From: an uncultured Bacilli bacterium
GTDB taxonomy: Bacteria > Bacillota_I > Bacilli_A > RF39 > UBA660
Assembly: GCA_947585915.1 (NCBI GenBank)
Contig: CANPXJ010000001.1
Span: forward strand, 1 to 51,730
Length of the DNA stretch: 51,730 bases
Direction of reading: 5' to 3'
In this document: positions 36,445 to 46,023 of the stretch, piece after piece
How the letters are laid out: every line of letters begins with the position of its first letter
How positions within the stretch are numbered: the first letter of the stretch is position 1
The notes under the pieces: model-generated
The model's database searches: none
Told to the model about the DNA's origin: nothing
What the model saw: the letters and a program-made list of their open reading frames with translations, nothing else
Made by a program: the position numbers and the translations under genes

Positions 36445-37012
36445 TTATTTTTTCTTTAAAAATAGCATTCTCTTCTAAATCTAATAATTCATTTAAAACA
36501 TTATCATCACATGGATATTCACTAATTAATACTTCATTAGACCTTTTAAAGGTATTTTCAAATTCTTTATTAGTCATTTTAAGTAAATAATATTTTGTTA
36601 AAGGTTCTCCATTTTCAACTAAATATTTATATCTAGCATAAAGAGTCTTAAAACCTATTATTAAATACTTAGAATGATTAACTAATATGTCTTTTCTAAT
36701 TCCTTCATTAGTATGAGGGTCTTTTATAACTCCTAATAGTAAATATTTTTCTAAAAAATCTTTTTTATTAGCATGTAAAACAGAAGGATAATTCTTAATA
36801 ATTGTTAATATATCCAAATATTCTAAATCTAAAAATTCTAAAAATTCAATAGTTTCGTCTAATCTATAAGATAGAGAATTTTTATATATTCTTTTCTTTT
36901 TTAAATATCTTTGCATAGAAGAATAAAACTCATCAATAGCTTCTTTACTTAAGAATTCTGATAAATTTAACTTTTCTTCTAAAAATTTTTTAGCTTCCTC
37001 ATCAATCTGCAT
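36413..37012 (-). CDS. Hypothetical helical-repeat protein (possible mTERF-like repeats)
   Basis: 199 aa, overlapping rbgA by 11 nt and rnhB by up to 32 nt. [40 protein letters not shown] resembles the mTERF repeat pattern. Confidence 0.4.
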   Translation of the reverse strand: MQIDEEAKKFLEEKLNLSEFLSKEAIDEFYSSMQRYLKKKRIYKNSLSYRLDETIEFLEFLDLEYLDILTIIKNYPSVLHANKKDFLEKYLLLGVIKDPHTNEGIRKDILVNHSKYLIIGFKTLYARYKYLVENGEPLTKYYLLKMTNKEFENTFKRSNEVLISEYPCDDNVLNELLDLEENAIFKEKINEKKSGFKYA

Positions 37013-37877
37013 TTAAATCATCTCTTCTATCAAATGTTATATTTTTTATACTTTCTTTTTTTATATCATTTATAATGGCCAAGCTTACTTTATCATAGTC
37101 AACTTCGCCACCAGATACAATAGCCCCTATTTTTCTTCCAATCTTATTATAAACCATTTCGTAATCTTCTTCAAGCTTTAACATCCCATATCTTAAATTT
37201 AATATCTCTGGATAATATTTTTCTAGTTTTTTTAAAATATGAATAGCTACCTCATCAATTGGTAAGATTTCAGTTTTTATACTACTCATACTTGCCAAAT
37301 TTAAAGCAACTTCCTCACTTTCAATTTTAGACCACAATATTCCTGGTGTATCTAAAAGTAAAATATTACTTTTAGTTTTTAGCCATGTTAAAGCTTTTGT
37401 AACCCCTGGTTTATTACCAACATTGGCTACTTTTTTACCAACCATTTTATTAATTAATGTACTTTTCCCTACATTGGGAACACCAACGACTAGTGCTCTA
37501 ATTTCCTTGTTTTTTAAACCTTTTTCATTTCTTTTTTGTTGCTGTTTATCCATTAAATTATGAGTTAACTCAATTATTTTTTTATAATCATTATTATCAT
37601 TTAAATTAGTTAATATTACATGATATCCTTTTTCTTCATAATATTTTTGCCATTTTTTGGTTTCTTTTATATCACATAAATCACACTTAGTCATTATCAA
37701 AATTCGTGTTTTATTTTTAAGAATTTGATCAATATCAACAATTTTTGAAGAATAAGGAATTCTAGCATCTACAAGCTCATATACGATATCAATTAAATCA
37801 TATTTTTCTTTGATAATTTTTTTTGTTTTAGCCATATGACCGGGATACCAATTTATATTAGTTTTATTTTCATTCAT
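37002..37877 (-). CDS. rbgA: Ribosome biogenesis GTPase A (YlqF)
   Basis: NWYPGHMAKTKK N-terminus and circularly permuted GTPase motifs (TKCDL ... GVPNVGKST ... DTPG). Confidence 0.9.
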   Translation of the reverse strand: MNENKTNINWYPGHMAKTKKIIKEKYDLIDIVYELVDARIPYSSKIVDIDQILKNKTRILIMTKCDLCDIKETKKWQKYYEEKGYHVILTNLNDNNDYKKIIELTHNLMDKQQQKRNEKGLKNKEIRALVVGVPNVGKSTLINKMVGKKVANVGNKPGVTKALTWLKTKSNILLLDTPGILWSKIESEEVALNLASMSSIKTEILPIDEVAIHILKKLEKYYPEILNLRYGMLKLEEDYEMVYNKIGRKIGAIVSGGEVDYDKVSLAIINDIKKESIKNITFDRRDDLNAD

Positions 37878-38454
37878 TTGAAGTAACTCCTTTTACTATG
37901 TAATCATATATTTCTTTCCAATTACATGTTTTAAATATTTTATCATTATTATATTCTTTTGTTTTATTTGTTTCCATCATTATTACTTTGACATTTGATT
38001 TTTCTAATGCTTGTTCACAATTACGAATTGCATCATCTATAAAATATTCACAATCATTTAGATACATATATTTATCATTTGATTTAGTAATTATACTATC
38101 ATAAGGAATATTATTTTTTTCTAAATATTTAGGAACAATCAAATCAGTATAATCATCATCTTTAATTCCTCTATTAGTAATAAATATTATTTCATTTTCT
38201 AATTCTTTAAGTTTATTTATATAAAAAACTGCTTCTTCTTTAATTGGAATATTTATAGATTCTTTATTGAAATAGTTTTCTACAAAATAAGCAAGTTCTT
38301 CTTTTGACCAATTATCACTTCTAGGAACTATCCTATCATAATTAATAACATTATTTTTATGTAATACATTTATATCATAATTCTCGGCCATCTTTCCAAA
38401 GAAGTCACTCGTATTGCAAATTGTGTTATCAATATCAATTGCAATTTTACTCAT
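37870..38454 (-). CDS. HAD-superfamily 5'(3')-deoxyribonucleotidase-like protein
   Basis: IAIDIDNTI is a DxDxT nucleophile motif. Size and layout resemble YorS/NT5C-type nucleotidases. Confidence 0.5.
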   Translation of the reverse strand: MSKIAIDIDNTICNTSDFFGKMAENYDINVLHKNNVINYDRIVPRSDNWSKEELAYFVENYFNKESINIPIKEEAVFYINKLKELENEIIFITNRGIKDDDYTDLIVPKYLEKNNIPYDSIITKSNDKYMYLNDCEYFIDDAIRNCEQALEKSNVKVIMMETNKTKEYNNDKIFKTCNWKEIYDYIVKGVTSNE

Positions 38455-38605
38455 GTTAATTCACCTCAATTACCTTATTATAAATTATATAACCGCCTTT
38501 AAAGGTTAGCATAAAAATACATTATCTCACAAACCCTTATTTTTATATAAGGTTTATTTTATTCTTGTATAAAATCGTAATCAGCCAATTGATGTTTGTT
38601 TCATT

Positions 38606-39454
38606 TTAATCACCACTACTTTTACTTTCTTTTAATAATTTGATTTTTTCAGCATTATTAAGTATATTTAATTGATATTTTGCAATAACCCTTAATATAT
38701 CAAATCTTTCTTCTTTACTTTTCCCTTCTTTAATTAATTCTGCATTATGTGACTCAAGATTTGATAATACTGTTAATTCATTAATGGAAGCATAGTCCCT
38801 AATATTAGAGTTTTTTGCTAAATCAAGATTAAGTTCTCTCCATGTTTTTGCTGTCGTATAAAATAATACAACATTTAAAATATCAGCTTCTTCAGCATAT
38901 TTTATCCATTCTCTATTTTTAAAATAATCATTATCTGGTAATATATATCTTTTTATAGCATCCGTATGAATTAAATAATTATTCTTTGTAAGTATTCTTT
39001 TTACATCCCATTCTCTATTTTGATTTTCTAACTCTTTTAATCTTTCAAATTCTTTTATTAAATATAATTTAAATACTGGACTTATAGCAGAAGCAAATTC
39101 AAAAGCAATATCTTTATGTGCGTAAGTTCCACCATATTTTCCACGCTTAGAATAAATACCAATAGCATTAGTTTTTGCACACCATTCAGTTACACTAAGT
39201 GTAAAAGTATGAAGACTAGCATTTTTTCTAAACCCGTCGAATTCGACGGAATTAAAATTTGGATTATAAATTGATTCCCAAGTACCTAAAAACTCTAAAG
39301 TTATCCGATTCCTTAACCAATTACGTATTATATCATCAGATTTTGAATTTCCTTCTTTATATTTACCAAAATCAGAAATACAAATATAATCATTATTGTC
39401 TAGCTTTGTAACATTAACTTTTATGTTTTGAACTTCTAATGTTTTATTAGACAT
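38606..39454 (-). CDS. KilA-N domain DNA-binding protein
   Basis: YICISDFGKYKEG...NWLRNR...GGTYAHKDIAFEFASAISPVFKLYLIKEF is the KilA-N pattern. Has its own RBS AAGGAGG and a downstream hairpin. Confidence 0.65.
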   Translation of the reverse strand: MSNKTLEVQNIKVNVTKLDNNDYICISDFGKYKEGNSKSDDIIRNWLRNRITLEFLGTWESIYNPNFNSVEFDGFRKNASLHTFTLSVTEWCAKTNAIGIYSKRGKYGGTYAHKDIAFEFASAISPVFKLYLIKEFERLKELENQNREWDVKRILTKNNYLIHTDAIKRYILPDNDYFKNREWIKYAEEADILNVVLFYTTAKTWRELNLDLAKNSNIRDYASINELTVLSNLESHNAELIKEGKSKEERFDILRVIAKYQLNILNNAEKIKLLKESKSSGD

Positions 39455-39656
39455 ATATTCACCTCCTTAATTTAAATCAAATATAATTCAAATAAAAAAT
39501 TTTTTTCATTAGCATTAATATAATAAATTGGCTCAGTTTTATTAAAATCTTTCATTTTTAACTCCTTTGCAATACTTTAAAAATGTCATTATTTGTTTTC
39601 TTATAAAGCTTTTTTTCAAGAATTTATTATAATGTCATTTAATTCCTTTATTTCGG

Positions 39657-40172
39657 TCACATTATATTTTGGACTAAAATGCCAGCTTTTTTTATCAAAA
39701 TTTTATTTGCCGATAACATATTAGCATAATTCTCTAAATTTTTTAGAGAATTCATCTCATCATTATCACTATAAAAAGAATAAATATTAGTTACTAATTT
39801 TTGACATTTGTTAAATTCTTCTTTTGTTGGCAAAAATTTTTTAATAATAGCTTCTATATCTTCTCTACCTTTATAATTTATAAATTCTGCCACACTTATA
39901 TAAGTTTTTATTTTCACATTATTTTTTGCTTAGGAATAAAATGTGTAGCCTAAACTATGCGAAATTATAATAGAATTTTCATTTAATAACTTTTTGTCTT
40001 TATAATTGTTTAAAATTTTTTCCCAACTTTCATATGTTGCTTCACTTTTAATAGGAAATTTAGAAAAATAATATTTAATATGATTATTATTACATAGATT
40101 TTCAATGCTTGGTGCAAATGAATATTCTGTATCACCATTGTAGCTATGTATTACAAAAACGTTTTTCCTTAT
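39657..40172 (-). pseudogene. YdeN/RBBP9-type alpha/beta serine hydrolase, inactivated
   Basis: Minus-strand frame reads (I)RKNVFVIHSYNGDTEYSF...SIIISHSLGYTFYS*AKNNVKIKTY.. and continues into ORF 39657-39917. In-frame TAA at 39930-39932. The start position reads ATA (40170-40172). SHSLG is the nucleophile elbow. Confidence 0.5.
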
Positions 40173-40193
40173 TAAATCACTTCTTTCTAAATT

Positions 40194-40862
40194 TTAGATA
40201 ATAACTTTTGTTTTTATTTCATTTTCTATTATCCAATTTATATCCTCTACCGCTTTGTCCATATTAAAAATGCCATTTCCTACTGGGTAATAAACTGGAT
40301 AAACTTTATATATCTTTTTATTAATTTCTATTTCATGACACACTTGGCGATTGGCAGATACTGAAATCTTTTTATTTAAAATAATTGAACTAACTTGATT
40401 ACCAAAAGTAATTATGATTTTAGGTTTAATTATATCAATTTCTTTATATATTAAATGAAGATATTTTTTTAAGACTTCATCAGGTAAAGGTCGAGCATCA
40501 ACTTGCGTGCATTTTCCCAAATTAGTAATAAACACTCCACTATTAGATACTTCTCTATAAACGTAATCACAAAATTCATAATCCCAATCTTTAGGCTTCT
40601 TTGTTTGAATTTGATTAAAGACATTCTCGCTTATCAAATTAACTTTAGAAAATAATTTCCAAATATTCTTAGTACCTAACCAAGGAGACTTCCTGCCTTG
40701 CCATGCTTTATTACTGGCAATATTTTTTCCAGTAGGATTCATAAAAACAAAACATATATCAGGATTTTCTTCACATCCACCATTATAGATAGAATCTAAA
40801 TTTTTATCTCCATATATAACTTGTAATTTATCATATTCTTTTTTTAAATCTGCTACTTTCAT
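40194..40862 (-). CDS. Uracil-DNA glycosylase superfamily protein (family 4/5-like)
   Basis: GGCEENPDICFVFMNPTGKN and ITNLGKC motifs in the positions of UDG motifs A and B. Confidence 0.55.
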   Translation of the reverse strand: MKVADLKKEYDKLQVIYGDKNLDSIYNGGCEENPDICFVFMNPTGKNIASNKAWQGRKSPWLGTKNIWKLFSKVNLISENVFNQIQTKKPKDWDYEFCDYVYREVSNSGVFITNLGKCTQVDARPLPDEVLKKYLHLIYKEIDIIKPKIIITFGNQVSSIILNKKISVSANRQVCHEIEINKKIYKVYPVYYPVGNGIFNMDKAVEDINWIIENEIKTKVII

Positions 40863-40881
40863 GTAATTCTCCTATACTTTA

Positions 40882-41871
40882 CTATTGATTAGTCTGTTTA
40901 TCATTTCCAATTTCTTTTAACTTTTTATCACATTCAAGAAATTTATCAAAATCGAAAACAAATAATGTATCTTGTTTTTTTCTGAATTTGTCATATTCTT
41001 TATATGCAAGCTCTTGAGCTACTTTATGAGAAATTTTTCCAGAGTTATGTAATATTTCCTGACCATTAAATTGTAAAAAAACATTAAGCTTTTCTGCCAA
41101 ATCATTCATTGTCATTGCATTATGATTTTCTGCTTGTAATTCAGCATAATCTAAATACATTGTAACAATTCTATTTAAGTTTTTTAATTCTTTTTCCGTT
41201 AAATAATTTTTAGCAATATCTACATCATATCTATAAATTGGACCATTTGGTGATTCACCCCAATTTTATTTCGGCAACAGTATTGCCAGTTACAGCATAA
41301 CGAAGTTTGTTTTGAACTGATTTAAAAAATTTTTTAGTAACATCCGAATCTTTCTCATAACCAATACTACAAGATGAATAAATGTCAGTATTTTTTGGTA
41401 AAATCTTCTTTCACTAGAGCGTATATTTTTAATCCTTTCTAAAAGTCTTTCGAAGTAATCTTCACCAAAAATATAATCAGGATTTTTTAATCTTTCATCA
41501 TCCACTACAAATCCAGTAATTAAATACTCTTTTAATACTTTTGTTGCCCAAATTCTAAAATGAGTTGCTTTTTTAGAATTTACTCGATAGCCAACCGCAA
41601 TAATCATATCTAGATTATATATCTTTACTGGTTTTTTAGAAGTATCAACGTCGGTTTTTCCGACGGTGTTATCCACACTAAGTTCACCACTATTTAAAAT
41701 ATTATTAATATGTTCTGTTATAGTACTTCTAGAAACTCCAAATAATTCCGCAATCAAATTTTGGGTTAACCAAATCTCATTATTAATTAAAAGTACCCTT
41801 ATCTTAACATCATTATTCTCATCTTTATATATTAAAAAATCATGATTTGTAATTTGTAATTTATTTTTCAT
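40882..41871 (-). pseudogene. rhuM: RhuM-family protein gene with at least two frameshifts
   Basis: The N-terminal part (MKNKLQITNHDFLIY...RSSERRFYQKI) loses frame near 41389-41391. The middle segment TDIYSSCSIGYEKDSDVTKKFFKSVQNKLRYAVTGNTVAEI is in another frame and breaks again near 41258-41272. The C-terminal part NWGESPNG...IAKNYLTEKELKNLNRIVTMYLDYAELQAE continues into ORF 40882-41160. Confidence 0.65.
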
Positions 41872-41928
41872 TATGCTCACCTCTTTTTCTATGCAAACCA
41901 AATTTTTAAAATTTTTTTATTTATTTTT

Positions 41929-42363
41929 CTAAACTTTACTAAGGCTCATAAAAAGCCTAGAATTAGTTTGCTCCACTATTTTAAATCCTAATTTTTTATA
42001 TAAAGATATAGCATTTATATTCTCCTTATAAACCCAAAGAAATATCGTATTATATTCTTTAATTATATTTTTTATAATATTAGTTCCTATTCCCTTATGA
42101 CGATAATTTTTTTCTAAAAAAATCTCATTTAAAAGTACTCCATCTTTTTCCTTTTCAATGAGTAAACAGCCAACTATTTTATTTTCAACTATTATCAACT
42201 GATAGTTTACTATTTCCTTTTTGATAGCGTTATCGATGTAATTATTAATTTTATCATTTTCTTCTTTAGTTAAATTTTGGGCATAGGCAAAGATAGTTTC
42301 TTTTTTATAATTCTTTATTCTTAAAATATCCTTTTTAGTAGCATTTTTTAGTTCATAATCCAT
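41929..42363 (-). CDS. GNAT-family N-acetyltransferase
   Basis: EKNYRHKGIGTNIIKNII is an acetyl-CoA binding motif (Q/RxxGxG/A). 144 aa. Confidence 0.7.
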   Translation of the reverse strand: MDYELKNATKKDILRIKNYKKETIFAYAQNLTKEENDKINNYIDNAIKKEIVNYQLIIVENKIVGCLLIEKEKDGVLLNEIFLEKNYRHKGIGTNIIKNIIKEYNTIFLWVYKENINAISLYKKLGFKIVEQTNSRLFMSLSKV

Positions 42364-42386
42364 AAAATTTCTCCATTTAATATAAC

Positions 42387-42776
42387 TTACTTTTTTCTTT
42401 GATATTTAATATTATTATCAATAGAATTATAAATTATATCTTTATATAACTTAAGCTTATTTGTTTGCGCTTGTAATATTTCTAATTTTTCTAATAAATT
42501 TACCTTTTCATTTAAAGATAAATCTTTTAAGTAATCATCATAAGTATTATTTTGCACAGCTATAATAAAATTTGCCAAAATTTCATTTTCTACTTGTGTA
42601 TTAGCTATAACAAACATTTCTTGTAATTTTTGATCATATTTTTGAACCATAAATTGTAATTGCTCTCTTTGACTAATATCTAATCCTTTAATCTTTAAAG
42701 CAATATCATCAATATTAATTCCCTTTTTATTTATCCAATAATTTATTATATTTTGTAATCTTTTTGTATCTACCAT
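42387..42776 (-). CDS. Hypothetical protein
   Basis: 129-aa helical ORF immediately downstream of lepA. Confidence 0.4.
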   Translation of the reverse strand: MVDTKRLQNIINYWINKKGINIDDIALKIKGLDISQREQLQFMVQKYDQKLQEMFVIANTQVENEILANFIIAVQNNTYDDYLKDLSLNEKVNLLEKLEILQAQTNKLKLYKDIIYNSIDNNIKYQRKK

Positions 42777-42785
42777 ATTTCCTCC

Positions 42786-44585
42786 TTAATTATCATCATT
42801 TTTTAAGACTGCTAGAAAAGCTTCTTGAGGGATTTCCACGCTCCCAATCATTTTCATTTTCTTTTTACCTTCTTTTTGTTTTTCTAAAAGTTTTCTTTTT
42901 CGCGTTATATCCCCACCATAACACTTTGCCAAAACATTCTTGCGCATGGGAGAAATATTTTCCCTGGCAATTATTTTAGAACCAATTGAAGCTTGGATTG
43001 GTACTTGAAACATTTGACGAGGAATTAATTTTTTTAAGTTTTCAACTATTTTCTTTCCTCTTTCATAGGCAAAATCTTTATGAACGATTACTGATAAGGC
43101 ATCAACGCTCTTACCATTAAGTAAGATATCCATTTTAACTAAATTACTTGCTTCATATCCAGCGTATTCATAATCAAAAGAAGCATAGCCCTTTGTCGAA
43201 CTTTTTAATTTATCAAAAAAATCATAAACAATTTCAGATAAAGGCAATTTATAATGAATATTTACTCGTGTTTCATTAATATACTCCATATTTTCATAAA
43301 TACCTCTTTTATCTTGACACAATTCCATAATGGGCCCAATATATTCACTAGGTACAAAAATATTAGTTTTAATAAATGGTTCTTTTACCTCTTTAATTGT
43401 TGCGCGATCTGGCATTTTGTTAGGTGAATCAATCATCAGTTTATTACCATTAGTTAAAATCACTTCATAAATAACTGAAGGCGAGGTCGCAATTATATCT
43501 ATATTAAATTCTCTTTCAATTCTACTCATTATTATTTCCATATGTAATAAGCCTAAAAAACCACAACGAAAACCAAAACCTAAGGCATCAGATGTTTCAG
43601 GTTCAAAAATTAAGGAAGCGTCATTTAATTTTAACTTTTCTAAAGCCTCTCTTAAATTCGTAAATTTATTAGGTTCGACCGGAAATAAACCAGAATAAAC
43701 CATCGGTTTTAGAGGTTGATAACCTTCTAACATTTCTTGGGCCGGCTTTTTTATAGTTGTGATTGTATCACCAACATTTACTTTAGAAATTTCTTTAATG
43801 CTTCCAGAAATCCACCCTACTTCCCCACTAACTAGCTTTTCTTTTTTCACTTCTTTAGGAGTATTTATTCCTAGTTCGACTACTTCACACTCAAAGTTAT
43901 TTGCCATCATTTTGATTTTATCGTGTAATTTAATTTCTCCATCAACAAGACGAATATGAGCAATTACGCCCCGATAAGAATCAAAATAAGAATCAAAAAT
44001 TAACGCACGTAAAGAAGCATCATTATTAACTTTTGGGGGATCAATTTTAGTAATAACTGCTTCTAAAAGTTTATCTACACCTACTCCCGTTTTTCCACTA
44101 CATAAAATAATCTCTTCTTCTTTAAAGCCTAAAACATTACATAATTCCTCTTTAACTTTATCAATATTAGCATTAGGCAAATCAATTTTATTAATAACGG
44201 GAATGATTGTTAAATTGTTATTTAAAGCTAAATATAAATTAGCTAAAGTCTGCGCCTCGATACCTTGGGCAGCATCAACAACTAAAACTGCCCCTTCACA
44301 AGCAGCTAAACTACGTGATACCTCATAAGAAAAATCGACATGACCGGGAGTATCAATTAAATTAAGTAAATATTTTTCCTTATTATATTCATAATTTAAA
44401 GATACAGCATTTAACTTAATTGTAATACCTCTTTCTCTTTCTAAATCCATGCTATCAAGAAGTTGGTCTTTCATATCGTGTTTAGAGACACTTCCAGTTA
44501 ATTCTAATATTCTATCAGCTAAAGTACTCTTACCATGGTCTATATGAGCAATTATTGAAAAATTACGAATATTTTGTTGATTCAT
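42786..44585 (-). CDS. lepA: Elongation factor 4
   Basis: [20 protein letters not shown] and DTPGHVDF motifs. 599 aa. Confidence 0.95.
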   Translation of the reverse strand: MNQQNIRNFSIIAHIDHGKSTLADRILELTGSVSKHDMKDQLLDSMDLERERGITIKLNAVSLNYEYNKEKYLLNLIDTPGHVDFSYEVSRSLAACEGAVLVVDAAQGIEAQTLANLYLALNNNLTIIPVINKIDLPNANIDKVKEELCNVLGFKEEEIILCSGKTGVGVDKLLEAVITKIDPPKVNNDASLRALIFDSYFDSYRGVIAHIRLVDGEIKLHDKIKMMANNFECEVVELGINTPKEVKKEKLVSGEVGWISGSIKEISKVNVGDTITTIKKPAQEMLEGYQPLKPMVYSGLFPVEPNKFTNLREALEKLKLNDASLIFEPETSDALGFGFRCGFLGLLHMEIIMSRIEREFNIDIIATSPSVIYEVILTNGNKLMIDSPNKMPDRATIKEVKEPFIKTNIFVPSEYIGPIMELCQDKRGIYENMEYINETRVNIHYKLPLSEIVYDFFDKLKSSTKGYASFDYEYAGYEASNLVKMDILLNGKSVDALSVIVHKDFAYERGKKIVENLKKLIPRQMFQVPIQASIGSKIIARENISPMRKNVLAKCYGGDITRKRKLLEKQKEGKKKMKMIGSVEIPQEAFLAVLKNDDN

Positions 44586-44651
44586 AACAACTCCCCATTT
44601 CTTTTTTTTATTATACTAAAAAATACTTAAATCTTAAAGTATTACTAGCAG

Positions 44652-44677
44652 AAAAAAACTACTGATTTCTCAGTAGT
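44652..44677 (-). terminator. Terminator of the beta-helix surface protein gene
   Basis: 8-bp stem ACTACTGA/TCAGTAGT with a 4-nt loop, followed by a U run on the minus strand. Confidence 0.7.
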
Positions 44678-44685
44678 AATTTTAA

Positions 44686-45825
44686 TTAATTATGTAATTT
44701 TTTAAAAGCAAATGTTAAACCTAAAGCTGAAATTACAACAGCAATAATTGAATAAATAATTGCATCAGCTGTATTTGGGTTTTTCTCTTCTGCTTTTGCT
44801 TCAGTTGAACTAGTTTCCTCTGTTTTAGGAGTAACTAATTTACCATCTGTACCTAATACCATACCTTCAGGAATATATTGGTCTTCAAGTCCACCAATAA
44901 ATGTTCCACCACTAATGGCTGTTGTAGTTTTACCAGATTTTTCTCCATATCCTTCAGCTGGGGCAGTAACACCAATATCTTTTAAGCTTAAAACATCATA
45001 AGCATTACGTTCAGTAGCATTAGTTTTTAAAACAGCATTACCTGAAATAGAAACAGTAGCTTCTTGTTCAACTTTACCTAAATCGTAAATAGCTATAGCA
45101 CTACCTTTACCATTTTCGCTATTAAATGTTCCACCAGTGATATTTAACTTAACAGAGTTATCATCACCTTGAGTATAAGATCCAGCTAAAACATATAAAG
45201 CATCAGCAAAGAAAACTCTTCCAGACCAAGAATAATTATCTTTTGGCTCATCTAATTCTCCAGTAGTAGCATTAATTGTTCCACCAGAAATATTTACATC
45301 ACCCATTCTTAAAGCAATACCACCATTAATAGTACCACCAGAAATATTTAATTTACCTTGAGCTGGCATATAAATAGCTGGTCCTTTTTGAGTAGTTAAT
45401 GTACCATTAGAAATAGTAAAATTACCTTTACCTGTTGTATTATTACTAGATAAAGCAGAACGTACAGAATCAATAATTCCACCTTGAACATTTACAGTAG
45501 CATCTTGTGTTGCAACAATACCATAATCCTCTGATTTAATTGTACCATTACTTCCACTATCAGTAATAGTCAAAGTATGTGCACCACTTATTTGAATAAA
45601 ATGATCTACTCCAGTAAATTTTAAAGTATGACCTTTTAAATCGATAGTAACATCATCTGTAATTGTTAATATTTCATTAATAGTTACTTCATTGCTATTA
45701 ACGGTATATACTTTGTTATCTCCTGTAATGTCAGTGCTTAAATCAGTAAGCGTTTTAGCTGATACTGTTGGTATCATTGCTACTCCAGCAACTATACTAG
45801 CTAACGCTAATAATTTTCCTTTCAT
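44686..45825 (-). CDS. Secreted parallel beta-helix protein with a C-terminal NPNTA sorting signal (putative SrtB substrate/adhesin)
   Basis: Signal peptide MKGKLLALASIVAGVAMIPTVSA. Repeated (I/V)(S/T)GGT(I/F)N turns. C-terminus NPNTAD plus hydrophobic helix plus KKLHN. RBS AAGGAG before ATG 45825. The ORF-track ATG at 45852 lies in the -10 box. Confidence 0.7.
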   Translation of the reverse strand: MKGKLLALASIVAGVAMIPTVSAKTLTDLSTDITGDNKVYTVNSNEVTINEILTITDDVTIDLKGHTLKFTGVDHFIQISGAHTLTITDSGSNGTIKSEDYGIVATQDATVNVQGGIIDSVRSALSSNNTTGKGNFTISNGTLTTQKGPAIYMPAQGKLNISGGTINGGIALRMGDVNISGGTINATTGELDEPKDNYSWSGRVFFADALYVLAGSYTQGDDNSVKLNITGGTFNSENGKGSAIAIYDLGKVEQEATVSISGNAVLKTNATERNAYDVLSLKDIGVTAPAEGYGEKSGKTTTAISGGTFIGGLEDQYIPEGMVLGTDGKLVTPKTEETSSTEAKAEEKNPNTADAIIYSIIAVVISALGLTFAFKKLHN

Positions 45826-45850
45826 TTCAAATTTCTCCTTTCCTATTCTC

Positions 45851-45880
45851 ATTATAACCCCCCCCCATAATGAAAGTCAA
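45851..45880 (-). promoter_or_regulatory. Promoter of the beta-helix protein gene with a G9 tract in the spacer
   Basis: Minus strand TTGACT(45880-45875)-TTCATTAT-GGGGGGGGG-T-TATAAT(45856-45851). The spacer is 18 nt. Confidence 0.7.
45858..45866 (-). repeat. Homopolymeric G9 (C9 on plus strand) tract
   Basis: Read directly. Confidence 0.95.
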
Positions 45881-46023
45881 GCTTGAGATATTAATTAAAA
45901 TTGAAAAAGTGTAAAACGCAAATTTTACGAAAAAATTATATAAGTCAATTAAGTAGGATAACTTAATATTTTACATTTTTTTTAACTAGTGATAAAATAA
46001 GAGTACAAAAAGGGTGATTTAAA

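Noticed and set aside
38606-42363. The KilA-N/RhuM region, considered as a prophage or an intact defence system.
   Set aside because: There are no integrase, capsid, terminase, nuclease-helicase or other recognisable defence-system genes. Two of the genes are pseudogenes. I treated it as a degraded islet.
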